From: Neocallimastix sp. 'constans' | Lineage: Eukaryota | Direction of reading: 5' to 3' | NCBI GenBank assembly: GCA_050613775.1 | Contig: JBODTK010000136.1 | Span: 1 to 64,000 of the forward strand | Length of the DNA stretch: 64,000 nucleotides | Shown: piece by piece, positions 1 through 26,498 of the stretch | How positions within the stretch are numbered: position 1 is the first letter of the stretch | How the letters are laid out: every line of letters begins with the position of its first letter | Position numbers and translations under genes: made by a program | Notes under the pieces: generated by a model | Databases searched by the model: none | The model's input: only the letters and a program-made list of their open reading frames with translations | What the model was told of the DNA's origin: nothing

Positions 1-2220
1 AAAACTAATCTAATATAAAATACTATAATAAGTCTTTATAAAGTATTCATCAGTATTAATTTATAAAGTTTTCTTAATACAAATATAGTTTGAATAATAA
101 AGTTTATTTATATAAATAAATATGCATATATACAGAATATCACTGATTAATATTTGATATATTTTATTAAAAGTTGGTCTATATTTATCGCATAAATTTA
201 TAAATTTTTTTTGAATTTAAAGTTTTTGAATTTTTTCTATGTATGTAAATATATATTAAATAATTTATTTAATAAAAAAGGCATATAATAAATATAATAA
301 TTTTTTTACATGATATAAATTAAACTAAATTATAATATTTAAAAATAAACAAGTTTTAATAATATAAATTAAAAATAATTTTTTAGAAAAATTAAAATTA
401 TAATTAAATGTATTACATTTGACTTTGTTTCTTTTTTAAAAAAAAATAAAGTATTAAAACGTATATATATACTTTTAATATATATAATATAAATATCTTC
501 ATCATTAAAAGTATATCAAATAGTATTATATGGATGATTCATAAAAAAAAAAATTCAAAATTAAATTTATGATTTAAAACCTTAATTGTAGTAAAATTGT
601 AGTATTAATATTTCATTTTATAGTATCTATATTTAATATACTAATTATTATTATTTTAATAAATCAAAATAATATTTTAAAAAATCATAATATTTTAATA
701 AATATTAATTAATTTTTTTTTTTTTAAAAAAAAAAAAATTATATTAATAATAATAAAAAAAATAAAATTTAAAATATTAGGATTAAAAAAAGTGATTATA
801 AATTAGGTTTTAAATAAATAATAAATAAACAAAATTATTTTCCTTTGTTAAACTGTCATATATTATTTCAATAAATATCTAAAATAAATTATATATATAT
901 ATATATAAAAAAAAAAATAATAAAATAAATGATATTTATGATATGAGTATTTATATATAATTAGTTATAAATTAAATTAAAACTAAAATACCAAAATTAA
1001 TATATATTTACTCAATCTTTTAGAATAGATAAAAATATATCAAAGTTGACTTTTATATATATATATTTTATTATTATTAATTTTTTGTTAACTTTTCGAT
1101 ATTAAATGAGTATACAATAATTATAATTTTTTTTTTTTAATTATTTTTATGTTAAATAATTAATTGAAATAAATATTTTAATATAAAAGAATTTTAAAAT
1201 TTCAAAGTAATTTTCAATTAAAGAATTCAAAAATAATTGAAAATTACGTATAAACATATTAATTTTAATCAAATATAAAAGTTTAAGGTTAACATTAAAT
1301 AAATATAAAGGATTAGATTATTTGAAATTTAATAATATATATTTATTATATAATAATTAATTTAACTTTTTTAAATTAAAATATTATATTTAAGAATTTA
1401 AGAAATAAATATATAAAATTAATAAATAAGAAAAATAATATATATTTAATTAATATTTTTCAAATATTAATATGTTTAAATTTTTTAAAAAATTTAATTT
1501 TTTTATTAATTTAATAATATAAAAAAAAAAAATCAAAAGTGTATATTTTAATTTTTAATTTTTTATTATTATTTTAATTATTATTTTTTAATTAGTATTA
1601 TATTTCAATTATCATTAATATTTAAATTTTAATTATATATATATTTTTTTTAAAAAAAAAAAAATTATACATATAATTAAAATTATATTAAAATATTATT
1701 GAATTATTTTTTTTTAATTGTTAATATAATATAAAAAAAATTTATTATAATAAATTATTATTTTTATTACTTTAATTTTATTAAATATATTTTATTGATT
1801 TTGCTGCTTTTATTAATTATTATTACCAATAAAAATTATATTAATATATTAATATTATTTTATTAATTTATTTTGTTTGGATATCATTGTTAACATAAAA
1901 ATAATTATTTGTTTTAATAATAATAAAAAAAAAAAAAAGAAAAATAAATAGTTTATTGTATATATTTTTTATTTATTTAATTTTAAATTGCTTTTCTTTA
2001 TTCTTTATGTATTTTAATTATATATAGGGAAAAATTATTAAATAATTAATGTTTAATAAAAAATAATGTTAAGTTATAATACGTCTTATGAAAATTCAAA
2101 TGGTAACTTCTATTATAAATTGCTCTCACCGTTCTATTTATTACTTTTTTCAAACAAATATATATAAATAATAAATACTATTTTAAATATATTCATTTTT
2201 ATAGTTTATTATGAAAAGTT

Positions 2221-2263
<43 letters not shown>

Positions 2264-2446
2264 TTGTTTTTATAATTAATATTATTTTAATGAACAAGAC
2301 TTTCAATTAGTTTTTCTTATTAATTATTTTTGCTAATTCTAATTTTTTATTATTATTATATATATCTATTAAATATTAAAAAAAAAAAAAAATTCGAAGT
2401 AAGAGATAAGAAAAAAATAGATATTTTTCATTTACCTCCTATAATA

Positions 2447-11561
<9,115 letters not shown>

Positions 11562-11622
11562 AATAATATATATATATATATATTTTTGTATGTGAGTGAG
11601 AGTTTTATTCTTATGAATCTTT

Positions 11623-11656
<34 letters not shown>

Positions 11657-11979
11657 ATTAGTAATAAACTTTATTTAATAATATTTATTAAAAAAAAATA
11701 CATGAAAATAAAATAAAATACATAAAATTATAAAAATTAACATTTAAATATTTTTATATGTTTATTTAAAATTATTACCATATTATCTATAAAAATTATA
11801 TATGTAGTTTTTTTTTTTTTTTTTTTTTGTTAATTTATTTTAATTTATTTCATTTTTATCTATATAATATTTAATAATTTTGGATTTTTTTTTTTTTAAT
11901 TCATATATTTATTAATATAATTTATTTTTATCCTAATTTATTCATTATTATGATAAAAGTTAATAATTAAATATACATT

Positions 11980-12560
11980 TTTTTTTTTTTTTATTTTTTT
12001 TTTTTATAGTCGCAATTACTGCAAATTTTAAACTTTATTTATAAATTCCTTTAATAATTAAATGAATATATATATATATATACTAAAAAAAACAAAAAAA
12101 AAAACAAAAAAAAAAAAAAAAAAAAACATAAAATTAATAAAAATAAAATAAATAAATAAATAAATATTATATGGCCAATTAGAAAATAATAAAATTTTAA
12201 ATAGTAGTGTGAAATAAAAAAGTAATTTCAAAATAAAGTGTACAATAAAATAAATGCATCGAACCTCATTTCCACATTATATGATTTCTGATTTAAACAT
12301 TTTTTTTTTTTTTATTTTTTTATAGCCGCAATTATTATAAACTTTATCCTTATTTATTTATTTATTTATTTATTTATTAATTAATTAATTAATTAATTAC
12401 AATGATATTTTTAATTTTAATAAAAAAAAACACAGAATTAATAAAAAAAATAAATATTCTTTGTTCAATTAGAACATAATAATATTTAAAATAGTAACGT
12501 AAAATAAAAAAGAAATATTCAGAAAAAAGTTCTTATGAAACAAACCTCACTTCCTTAAGA
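11980..12560. repeat. Two degenerate tandem copies of a ~320 bp unit
   Basis: poly-T-TATAG(T/C)CGCAATTA at ~12005 and ~12320; AATTAGAA(A/C)ATAATAA..AAATAGTA at ~12177 and ~12467; AACCTCA(T/C)TTCC at ~12262 and ~12543. Confidence 0.6.
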
Positions 12561-14500
12561 ATTAGGATTTGAATTGGCTATCTGAAAGAAATAATGGTCT
12601 ATCTCCTTCAGAGGTATTGATTGGCCCTGATAGCCTGTCTTACTGCATTTTCAGCGTTGATAGTTTGTGCTTATACCGTCGGAATAGCCAACCCTTGTCG
12701 TGTATTAGCCCTTGGCATAATTTCTGTAAAGGGAGATGTAGATAGCACCAAGAATGGCGTTTTTGAATAATCACCAGAAATGATTTGATCTTTAAACAAA
12801 ACAAACCATTCCTTTTTATAATTTATATCAATAATGCCTGCATCTCTTTCACCAAGAAGGAAGTTATATAATCGGTACCACCTCACATAAATATTTACAC
12901 ACTTATTATTCAGAAAATTAGTTAAATTAACACGATTTTCATTAATTGAACTATTCACTACATTATTAGTAACGGTACTATTATTTTCATTATCACTAAT
13001 ATTATTATTTCTATTTTCACTATCACTAAAACTACTATTATTAACAATATTATTACTATTGCTATTATTATTAATATTATATAATTCGTTACTACTTCCA
13101 GAATCTGAACTTGATTCTATAGAATACACTTTCAGTGTTTTATTAAATTATTAAAATATTTTTATAATTTAAATCAATAATATTTACATCTCTTCCACCA
13201 AGAAAGAAGTTATATAATATGTACCACTTCTCATTACTCAGAAAAATACTTAAATTATCATGATTTTCACCAAATGAGCTTTTTTTTTTTTAAAATTAAA
13301 AAGAGAATACACTTTATGTGCTTTATTAAATAGATTAAAATATTTTTATGTATTACATTTTATAAAAAAATACATTTTATAATTTAAAGTTAAAAAATAA
13401 AATGTAAAATAAAAAGAAAAAAAAAAAAAAATTTAATTAATCATAAATAATAAAAAAAAATTAATGTAATAAAGAATTAAAACAAGTTCAAAAGTAAAAA
13501 AAAAAATCGATGTGATGTATACCATGGATAGTAACATGATCACCAGTTAGATCTAAAATAATAAAACAAAGAAGTAACATCTTTGAAATAGATAGTGTAT
13601 CCACTAAACTTTCCCCTGAACCACAAGAAAGATCATCAAAAATTGAATTACTTATTATAGGTTCTGTGTTCGGAACTGTGCTGTTAGTAAATGTGTATTG
13701 ATGAGAATTAACAGGACTTCTAACTGCACTATTCCTTTACCATATCGGTACGACATCGGTACTCTTGATAATGAAAGTGTTTTTGTTAAACCTCTCTAAA
13801 AGTTACTCAAGAGAACTACTGATGATTGATATTGAATTAGCAATGTATTCCGCAAGCCCCACTTAAATGTCTCTATTCCCCAGCATCGAATTGTAGCTCA
13901 TCTAAAGCTGAAATTCCACCAAGAAAGAATATAAAAAACCTGTTTATGAAATTTTCATATTCTAAAATATTAGAGTAAGAAGGAAGTAAGGAAAGACTAT
14001 AAAAAGATTCCCCGCCATTATATAATGTCTTAAATACAAACTTTGGAGTGAATCAATCTCCTACATTTCCATTTTACAATAGCTACATGAGATACAAAAT
14101 AATGATTAAGTAAAAGATAATAGATTCATTACAATGATAAAATGTAGAAACTATATGATATTATTAATTATACAACACCAATGTTACTACATATCCAGTT
14201 TAAAACAATATATAGCATCAGATTCACTTTCTACAGTCTTCCAGTATTCCAATTTACACTCTTCGTACTAGAAGCCACTTTAGAAAGGATAACCAACGAT
14301 TATCATCAGAGTCACAGAAAGCTGTAATTAGTACACCTGATATAAGCTATTCCTTTTCCATCAACCCTCCATGAACCTGGAAAAAAAGTCCACATCATTG
14401 GATTATACTATTTGCTAATCCCCTCAGAAACCCTACAGCTAAGGAGGTTAGAGGTTAGAGACCAATTGAATGTTCACTACATTTATTAGTAATGATAGTA
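12560..14500 (-). pseudogene. Decayed coding-like or transposon relic of unknown type
   Basis: GC well above the intergenic background; only a 152-aa ORF (12671-13129) with no recognisable motif; 12840-12930 partly duplicated at 13187-13260; no intact long frame in 13500-14480. Confidence 0.35.
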
Positions 14501-14984
14501 TTTTTTTCTCTTAAATAATAATATTTTCACAATCACCAATTCCACTATTATTAACAATATTATTTCTATTTTTATAAAATTTATAATTATTAACATTAAA
14601 ATTTATTTAAAAATAAAAAAAATAAAAAAATAATGTGAAACTATAAAATAAAACTACCATAAATATGGCACAAACATATATTAATAAATATATAAATAAA
14701 TAAACATTATCTCTACCTTACACTATATGTAATATTTACCATATATATATCAACATAACATTTCACATTAATAACACTTCAATAACATAGAACTATTTTT
14801 TGTCATAAAAACTAAATTTTTTATATATATTTTATTTATTTTATTATCAATAACTTTTATTTCTATAACACGATAATTTCTAAAAATAATACGTAATAAC
14901 ATTTTTTTTTATTTTTTTATTCGTATTTCTTATTTTAATAATTTACTACTATTAATGTATATGTTTAAAACCATACTAAATATT

Positions 14985-16262
14985 TTAGTTCTTCTTTTCA
15001 ATATCTTTCTTAAGAATACCCATAAAAGCATCCTTTTCCTTAGCAGTTTGGAAGCGACCGTGACCGAATTTGGAGGCAGTATCAATGAACTTAAGATTAA
15101 TTGTTTCGGTACTTTGGCGACTAGCGTAAGTAAGAACAGACTTACGGAGAGTAATAACTCTCTTCTTAACACCTGGGCAAGAACCCTTAATCATAACGAA
15201 ATCTTCATTAACAATACCGTAGTGTGGGAAACCACCCATTGGAGTAATTGTCTTTTCAGTAATATCGAATTCAGTTGAAGCACTCTTTTCATCAGCACCA
15301 TGAGCAATACGGTAGATCTTCTTGTTCATTTCAGTACGATGGTGGTAACCATCTTGACCAGAACGTGCAACTGAGAACATAACATGACTTGGATGCCAGG
15401 CTCCAATACAGGCAACCTTACGAAGACCACGATGAGTCTTACGTGGAAGTCTTGTAGTACCCCAACGGTGTGTAACACCTTCGTAACCATGACCCTTGGT
15501 AACGGCAATAGTATCAATGACTTCACCTTCAGCAAAAACAGACTTAACGTCAATAGTCTTTTCGAAGTTGGCCTTAGCAAAATCAACCTTATCAGCAACA
15601 GAACCACCATTTAATTGGATTTCCATAAGATGAGCCTTCTTTTGGCCTATATTAACCTTACGCATTTGAGTATGAGCAAGAACACGAACAACAGTACAAT
15701 ACTTCTTTATTCTTTCTAATTCTCTTTCAATTGGCTTAGCAGCTTCAGCATATTTCTTGGCATATTTAGTGAAAGCCTTTTTCTTAGAGTGGTACCAGTT
15801 CTTGTAGAAACGACGTTTAACTTCGTCTGAAAGATGTTCTGACCATACAGTGGTTAAACTACGAAGACCACGTGGGGTTTCAATGTAACCAACAACACCA
15901 ACAATAACCATTGGTGGGGTTTCAATAATTGTAACAGCTTCTACAACTTCTTCAGATTTATTTAACTTTGAACCTGGACGTTCAACATCACGAACAACGT
16001 GAGTCATACCAGCCTTATAACCAAGGAAAGCAGTAAGATGAACACTTTTCTTGGGATCATCTTTTGGGAAAGTCTTAACCTTACCTCTGTGGCGTGCAGC
16101 ACGCTTACGTGGTAAGAAACCAAGGGAACCGTGACGTGGACACTCGTACTTACGATGAGACTAATTTAAGTAATTATATAAAAAAATAACAAATATTAAC
16201 ATCCATCCATCATAACTAATTTGATATTTAATTGATCATTTATCATAGTAACACCATACCAT
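14985..16262 (-). CDS. RPL3: 60S ribosomal protein L3 (uL3)
   Basis: ATG-only first coding exon 16260-16262, intron 16161-16259 (GTATGG...TAG), then [20 protein letters not shown]...AGMTHVVR...[11 protein letters not shown]...[14 protein letters not shown]; stop at 14985. Confidence 0.98.
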
Positions 16263-17629
16263 ATTATTGTAATTTATATATAACTATAAGAGAAAGTTTA
16301 TTATGTAATGAATAAAAATTTAATTTATATTATTAAATTCAATACTTTATTGGCTAAATTTAATAATATTTAAATTTTATTGGATAATTTTTTTATATAA
16401 TTAATAAGTTTGTAAATTCAAATTCATTATAAAATTTTTAAAATTCATAATAAAAACTAAATTTTTTTTACAAATTTAATTAAGATATTTTGTAAACTTT
16501 TTTGATTTAAAAGATGAATTAGTATGAAAATTAAATATATTTATTTTTTTTTTTTATTGAATTATTTTTCTTCCTTCCTTTTCAACAAAAAAAAATTTTT
16601 TTTTTTTGATAATAAGAACAAGAAAGCATTATCAAAAAATTTTTCTATATCTAAATTATAATAAAACAATAATAATTTATAATTTCTTTAAAATTTCTAT
16701 CTTTAAATATCTTTAAATAATAATAATAATTTATTAATTTATAATATTTTAATGGAATTTTATATTCAATTTATTATTTCTTAAATTTTATAATATTTCA
16801 TAATTAAAATACTAATTTAATGATATTATTATTTATGGGAAAAATATTAATTATTAATAATAAATAATTATAATAATAAATAATTATTTCAATACAAAAA
16901 TCCTTAAAATTATTATTTTTACTTATTTATTTATTTACTTTCTTTATTATTTTTATTTTTTTTTTTTTTTTAAATATTTGAATTATTATATAATTTTTTT
17001 TTAGTTTTTACAATCTTAGAAATTCAGTATTCGATAAGAAATAATTATAATTTTTAATTATAATATTAAAATAAAAACTTCATTTCAAATAAATAATTAT
17101 AAAATGCTAATTTATGTTTTTATCTCTGAATTTATACTTTCACTCTAAAAATTAATTAAAATCTATAAAAGGAGCATTTAATTATGCAATGGTATGATAA
17201 TCACGATATTAATGTATAAATCTATAAAAAGTGGAACAAAATATTTTATTTTTATATTTTAATATATTATATCTTTCAATTTAATAATAGATAATAGTAA
17301 ATAATAATCAGTAATAATAGTAATATAATAATAATAATAAATATTAATAAAAATATATTTATAGGTTTTTTTTGTTATTATTAACTATTATTATTAGAAG
17401 ATATAATATAAATTATAAATAATGAAATGGAATGAAATAAAATAAAACAATTAAACTTTTAAAAAATGATTAAACATTTTATTAAATATTTTATTACGAA
17501 AATTAATCTTAAGTTAGAATTTAATACTATTTTTTATTGCAATAGTTTTTTTATCCATATTTATAATATATTTAAATAAAACATATTTAAATTGGATTTT
17601 ATTATAATTTATTATTTATAAAATATAAA

Positions 17630-17760
17630 TTAATAATCCAATCATTTGATATGATTGTTTATATAAATTGTGACATCACTATAAATATAATATATAATCC
17701 ATTATATTAGATTTATTGGGTAAAATAAAATAAAAAGTCAAAAATATGATTGGTAGATCT
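17630..17760. promoter_or_regulatory. CCAAT boxes and CRE-like site between divergent RPL3 and V-ATPase G genes
   Basis: CCAAT 17638-17642, TGACATCA 17671-17678, ATTGG 17715-17719 and 17749-17753, about 200-300 bp upstream of the V-ATPase G start. Confidence 0.45.
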
Positions 17761-17953
17761 AATCAAGCCATTTAATATATTATTATTCAGTTTAGTGGAA
17801 TATTGAATAATACAACATTGTAATTAATTAATATTACTAAATACCTAAAGGTAAACAATATATTAAAATAAAAATTGCTTTTTTTTTTTTTTTTTAAACA
17901 AAAAGTTTTTAGATTTTTTTATACTAACTATATTATAAAAAAATTAGAATAAA

Positions 17954-18947
17954 ATGGTATATATCAAAATAATATTTTTATATTATTATATATTCGAAAA
18001 ATAATTAAATGAAAATAAATAAAAATGGTTCTAAATATTTAATTCATTCAATATACAATTGATACCATTAAACGAGATAATAGAGAAATGATTCTAAATA
18101 AATTATTGTTATATATACAATAGTTAATTAATAAATTTTGTTATTCATTGTTAATTTGGATATTAATTTTCATATTAAGAAAAAAGAAATAAGAGAAATT
18201 ACATGAAATAATATAAATACCATATATATTAATTCGGAATTGGGCAATTTTAATTAATATTGATATAAATAAAAATTATTATTAAATATATTTTACATAT
18301 ATTTATTGATTATATATTTATTGATTATATATAATAGTCTACTCCAAATTCACAAGGAATTCAAACTTTAATTGATGCTGAAAACGAAGCTTCCAAAATC
18401 GTCCAAAACGCTAAGCAATGTAATTAATAAAAATAAAAAATAGATAAATAATCAATTATGATAGTCAATAATTTTTAATTAATTTAATTAACATATATAA
18501 TATAATGGGATAAACAGACAGAGTTAAGCGTTTAAAGGATGCTAGAGCTGAAGCTGCTAAGGAAATCGAAGACCTTAAGGCTCAAAAGAATGCTGAATTC
18601 GCTGAATTCGAAAAGACTGTAAGTATATAAAAACTTCAAATAAATTTAATTAATTAGAAAGAAGTATATCGAGTAATATGTAAATAATAAAATGTAAATA
18701 GCACTCTGGTTCCACTGACGAAAGTGCTGCTAAGGCTAACTTAGAAACTGAACAAAAATTAAGAGAAATCGAAACTGATTACAACAACAACAAGGAAAAG
18801 GTTGTTAACAAGTTAGTCGAAGTTGTTTTAAATGTTAAGCCAAAGGTAAAATAATTATAAAAATTTAAATTTTTATTAATAAAGTATTAATTTTATATTT
18901 TAAATTTTGTTGATAATTTATAGATTCACACCAACTACAAGGCTTAA
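17954..18947 (+). CDS. VMA10: V-type proton ATPase subunit G
   Basis: Missing from the ORF track. Exons 17954-17956 (ATG, inferred), 18338-18419, 18518-18618, 18702-18845 and 18924-18947 give MSTPNSQGIQTLIDAENEASKIVQNAKQYRVKRLKDARAEAAKEIEDLKAQKNAEFAEFEKTHSGS...VLNVKPKIHTNYKA*. Confidence 0.95.
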
Positions 18948-19477
18948 ATTAATTTAAAGAAAACCTTAATTAAATAAAAATAATAAATTAAAAACAATCA
19001 AAATAAATTAAAATGAAAAAATAAATTGAAATAATAAAAGAAATCAAAAAAAAAAAAAAAAAGAATTAATAATGCAAATATTAATAATATAAAAAATAAA
19101 TAAGAAATATTAAGAAAATATAAAGGAAAATAAATTAAAATAAATTAAATAATAATAATAAAAAAATAAAATAAAAATTTAAAATTAAAAATAATAAAAT
19201 AAAAAAAATAAAAAAATAATTTTAGAAAAATTTATTACAATTATTTAAAAAAGAATATGTAGAAAAAAAAAAAAATCTTCATTTTATTGTTTTTAAATAT
19301 ATTGAATAAAATTAAAAATTAAAGTAATTTTATAAGAATTGGTTTTTATTTGTATATAATATATTTATATTTTTATTGTTCATTAAAAATTTGCATAAAT
19401 GATAAAAATTTTTTTTCTTTAAAATTGATACGAAAATAAATAAAAAGAAAATGACCAAAATTGTAATATAAATTTTA

Positions 19478-22290
<2,813 letters not shown>

Positions 22291-23729
22291 TTTTAAAATT
22301 TAAAAATTTACTGAATTCTTGATTTTTTACTTTCTTAAAAAATATATATATATTTAGAAATTAGATATGTAGTATTTCCTATATTTCTAATACAAATAAT
22401 TTAATTGATTTATAATAAATAGGTAATATATTAGTTATATATTCTAATATATAGAACTTTATATAAATTAATGTATTATAATTATTATAATTATAATAAT
22501 ATATATTGAAATTAAATAAAAAAAAAAAGATGTAAATTTAATATTTAATAATTATAATTAAATATACAAATATGTTATCATATTTGTTTTATATCATATT
22601 AATTTATTATATAATTTAAATCCAATATATCACAAAAAAAAATAATAATAATAATAATAATTTCTTATTTAAACGTTTTAAAATGTATAAAAATTTTTTA
22701 TAATTTAGAACAAATAGATTTATCATCATAATAAAATAGAACATTTTAATATTTATAAAATTTTAATATTTATAAAATTAATATAATTATTGTGTAACAA
22801 TAAAATTTTCATTTCTTATTTTTTATATTATGAAATTTTTTTTTTTAAGACTTTGTATATATCTACATATACACATATGGTGCACTTCTTTTACTCAATA
22901 CCATATATATACATTTATATAAATTGTAATTATATATAATTATAATATACTTTGTTTATCCTATGTACGCAGACAAAAGTTCAAGACAATATGTAAGTCT
23001 ATGATGGCGAATGAACATTCAACTTCATTTATAAGGAAAACCCAGGGAAGGGAAAATCATACGTAAGGTCGATCCAGAAACCTTATGTATGTTAGCCCCG
23101 AGTACTAATCTCCAAGATAAAAACTGGAAAGACTTCTAAATTAAAATTAAAAATATAAAATATCTAATTTAAATATATATTTAGCATAAATTTTTAAATA
23201 AAAAATGAATATTCTTTTTAAGGGAAGGTTCAGTCTATTAATTTGCTTTATAATAGTTACTTTCACTCTCTTTAATTACATCTACATTACTACAATGAAG
23301 TAAAATATGTCAATCTATGTATTTTGATGGATTATATAGATTAGGTATTTAGAACAGATAATCTCCACATTTGTACATAATAATATATTATCTTTCATAA
23401 AAAAAATAGACAATAAGTGGTAAAATCTTTAATTAATACAAATAACATATATTTTTTTTTTTTCAAAATACACTATATTATCAGTTAAATATAATGAAGA
23501 ATTAATGAATAAAAAATTTCAATTTTTTAATTATATAATTTTCAAGAAATAAACTATATTATAACATTATATATAATAATAATTTATCAGAAATATTCTA
23601 TTAAATTATTGTAATATAAATTATTATTTTATAACTCTAAAAAAAAAAAAAAGAAAAGAATAGAAAAGAAAAGTAAAAAAAAAAAAAAGTTAAACATCCA
23701 GATTTCATTTTTTATATTAAAAGTATTAT

Positions 23730-24727
23730 TGTTAATATTATTAGTATTATTTTATACTATTATTATAATTATTAATTAAAGCATATACGTCGAAACGATA
23801 AGGCAAAGAAGAAATTCTGATACAGATTCGAATGATAACTTTTATCCACATGGGATTATTATCGATGAATTGGGAAGAGTTGGAGGACATTTTATACTCG
23901 AAATCCATTAAGTAGTAATTTAAATTTTAATATAAAAAAATTTTCACATATTTTATTTTAAAGTAATTTTTAATAAATATTATTAGCACATATTTAATCA
24001 ACATATGATGTATATATATTATTCAATATATACATGCATTTATTATTAAATAACTAATAATACTTATGTATATAGTTTGTATAACCATATAATATGTTTA
24101 GTATATAAAATAGTACAGTAACGGTGTTATTAAAATACTTAAAAATATGCTATAAATATACTATTAAAATACTATTGCTTTTATTGTTATTTTAACTATT
24201 ATTTAATATTAGAATTCACACTTCAAATTTCGTAATTTCAAATTTTATTTATTATTTTATTAATAATTTTATTTATTTATTTATTTATTTTTTTTTTTTT
24301 TTTTTTTTTTTTTTTCTATATGGAGTTTCTTTGCTTATGGGGAGTTGAGAGCGTCGACGCCGTACCGGTATGGCAGTTAATCATACACCCATATTACTAT
24401 ATGGGGAAGACCAAAGTCTTCAGTCTATAAAAAAAAAAAAAAAAAAAAAAATTATTTATTTATTTATAATTATAGTTAACTACTTTTTAATAATTATTTT
24501 TAATATTCTTTTTTATATATATTTTTACTACATAAATTTTAATTATGTCACAATTATATTTTATGTGTTATTACATAAATGTTTTATGTACGTCATACAT
24601 GCGCCATATTACAATTTATATAATAGTTGATATCTTAATAATTTATAATATTTATACATAAAATTTATATATGTTATTTTGTTTAATAACAAGAATAATA
24701 TTCATATATTAAACTTTATTTCTAACA
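23730..24727 (-). repeat. Copia 3' LTR (~998 bp)
   Basis: Starts TGTTAG (minus strand) right after PPT TAGGGGGAA (24728-24736); candidate end ...TAACA at 23730. The left boundary is unverified because the partner LTR is outside the window. Confidence 0.65.
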
Positions 24728-24773
24728 TTCCCCCTAAAGTTTAATATTCTTTAAATAAAAAAATTTATTATTT

Positions 24774-26453
24774 TTAATTACTAAAGCTAGAAAGAATGTT
24801 ATTTCTAAATTTACTCATTAGAGTAGAATTAAGATATTTAGTAAAACCATCAGCTATATTATGTTCTGATTTAATATAATTTAATTTTATTTTACCTTCT
24901 CGAACTAGTTCTCTAATTTTGTGATATTTTAAATCAATATGCTTTGACTTAAGATTTATAGTTTCGTTTTCACAATTATAAATTGCAGCTTTATTATCCG
25001 AATTAATTGTTATATTATTTATATTTATATTTAGTTCTTTAAATAAATTTTTATACCATAAACATTGACGTGCGCACTCATGTATCCCGTAATATTCACT
25101 TTCTGCTGTAGAGACTGCTACAGTGTTTTGCAATTTAGAATACCAACTAACGGGTCCTGAGTTTATTGTCATCACGTATCCAGTGGTAGATTTTCTAGTA
25201 TAGGGATCACCACCTAAATCCGCATCTACGTAGACCTCAAAATTATAATTATCATTTTTACTAAATTTAATTCCATAATTTGGTGTGTATTTTAAATACC
25301 TAAATATTTTTAAGACATTAAACCAATCCTCATAATTTGGATTTTGATTTTTACGTGATGCTTTACTTACCGAAAATAAGATATCTGGCCTTGTACATAT
25401 GGCAAGATATAATAGATTACCAACGGCTTGTCTATATTTTGTTGAATTAAATGTTTTCTCTTTTAATTTTTTATTATTAATTGGAATCATATTTGAACAT
25501 GGTTTTAATATAACTTTTAAAATTTCTTTATTTTCACCTGTGATGAGAATATCATCTACATATACACCTAGAAGGCAAATAATTTTATTATGTGTATTCC
25601 TTTTAACATACAGACAAGGTTCACTTAATAGTCTATTAAAATTCATGTCAATTAGAGCTTCATTTAGAGTGTCATTCCACATACGTCCTGCTTGTTTAAG
25701 ACCATATAAAGCTTTGTTTAACTTGCAATATTTCATTCCTTGATAGTCGTCACCTTCTGGTAGTTCCATATATATGTCTTCATTTAATTTTGCATTTAAA
25801 TAAGCTGCCTTAATATCTAATTGATGTATGTTATAATTATTCTTTGCAGCTATAGAAGTAATAATCCTAATTGTATCTTGTTTTAAAGTGGGTGCGAATG
25901 TTTCTTTATAATCTATTCCATATTGTTGAGTAAAACCACGTGCCACTAATCTTGCCTTTTTCTTATATACTCTACCATTAGCATCGTGTTTGTTTTTAAA
26001 TACCCAACGAGTAGAAATAACGTTAACACCTTTAGGAAGTTTCTTAATAGGCGTATAAACATTCATTTTCTTCATATTATTTAATTCATTATTAATTGCT
26101 GTAATCCACTCATCTTTATCTTTTCGAAAGAAAATTTCCTGATAAGAATTTGGTTCATCAGATTCTTTCTTCATATCGACAGCCATGAATGCATTATTTT
26201 CCATGATTTCATCTATATTAAAAGATTTATATTTTTTACTTTCATAATTACCTATATTAGATTTATTGATACGATTATATTTTCTTTTTCTAAGTTTTCT
26301 TTTGTATTCAATAATACTGGATTCGCTAAAAGGTGATTCACTAATTGGTGTATCATTGTCATCTAATATATCTTCTATGTTAAAAGTTTTATATTTCTTG
26401 CGAACTTCAGTATTATTTCTTTTAGATTTTCTTTTCTTATTCACTCTTAAGGA

Positions 26454-26498
<45 letters not shown>

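Noticed and set aside
17100..17240. H/ACA snoRNA between RPL3 and VMA10
   Set aside because: Only a short AAATGCT/AGCATTT stem; second hairpin and boxes unconvincing
24321..24425. Hammerhead ribozyme on the minus strand (CTGAAGA...GAAAC)
   Set aside because: Stem II cannot close correctly next to GAAA, no stem III or cleavage triplet is evident, and GAAGAC is better paired locally
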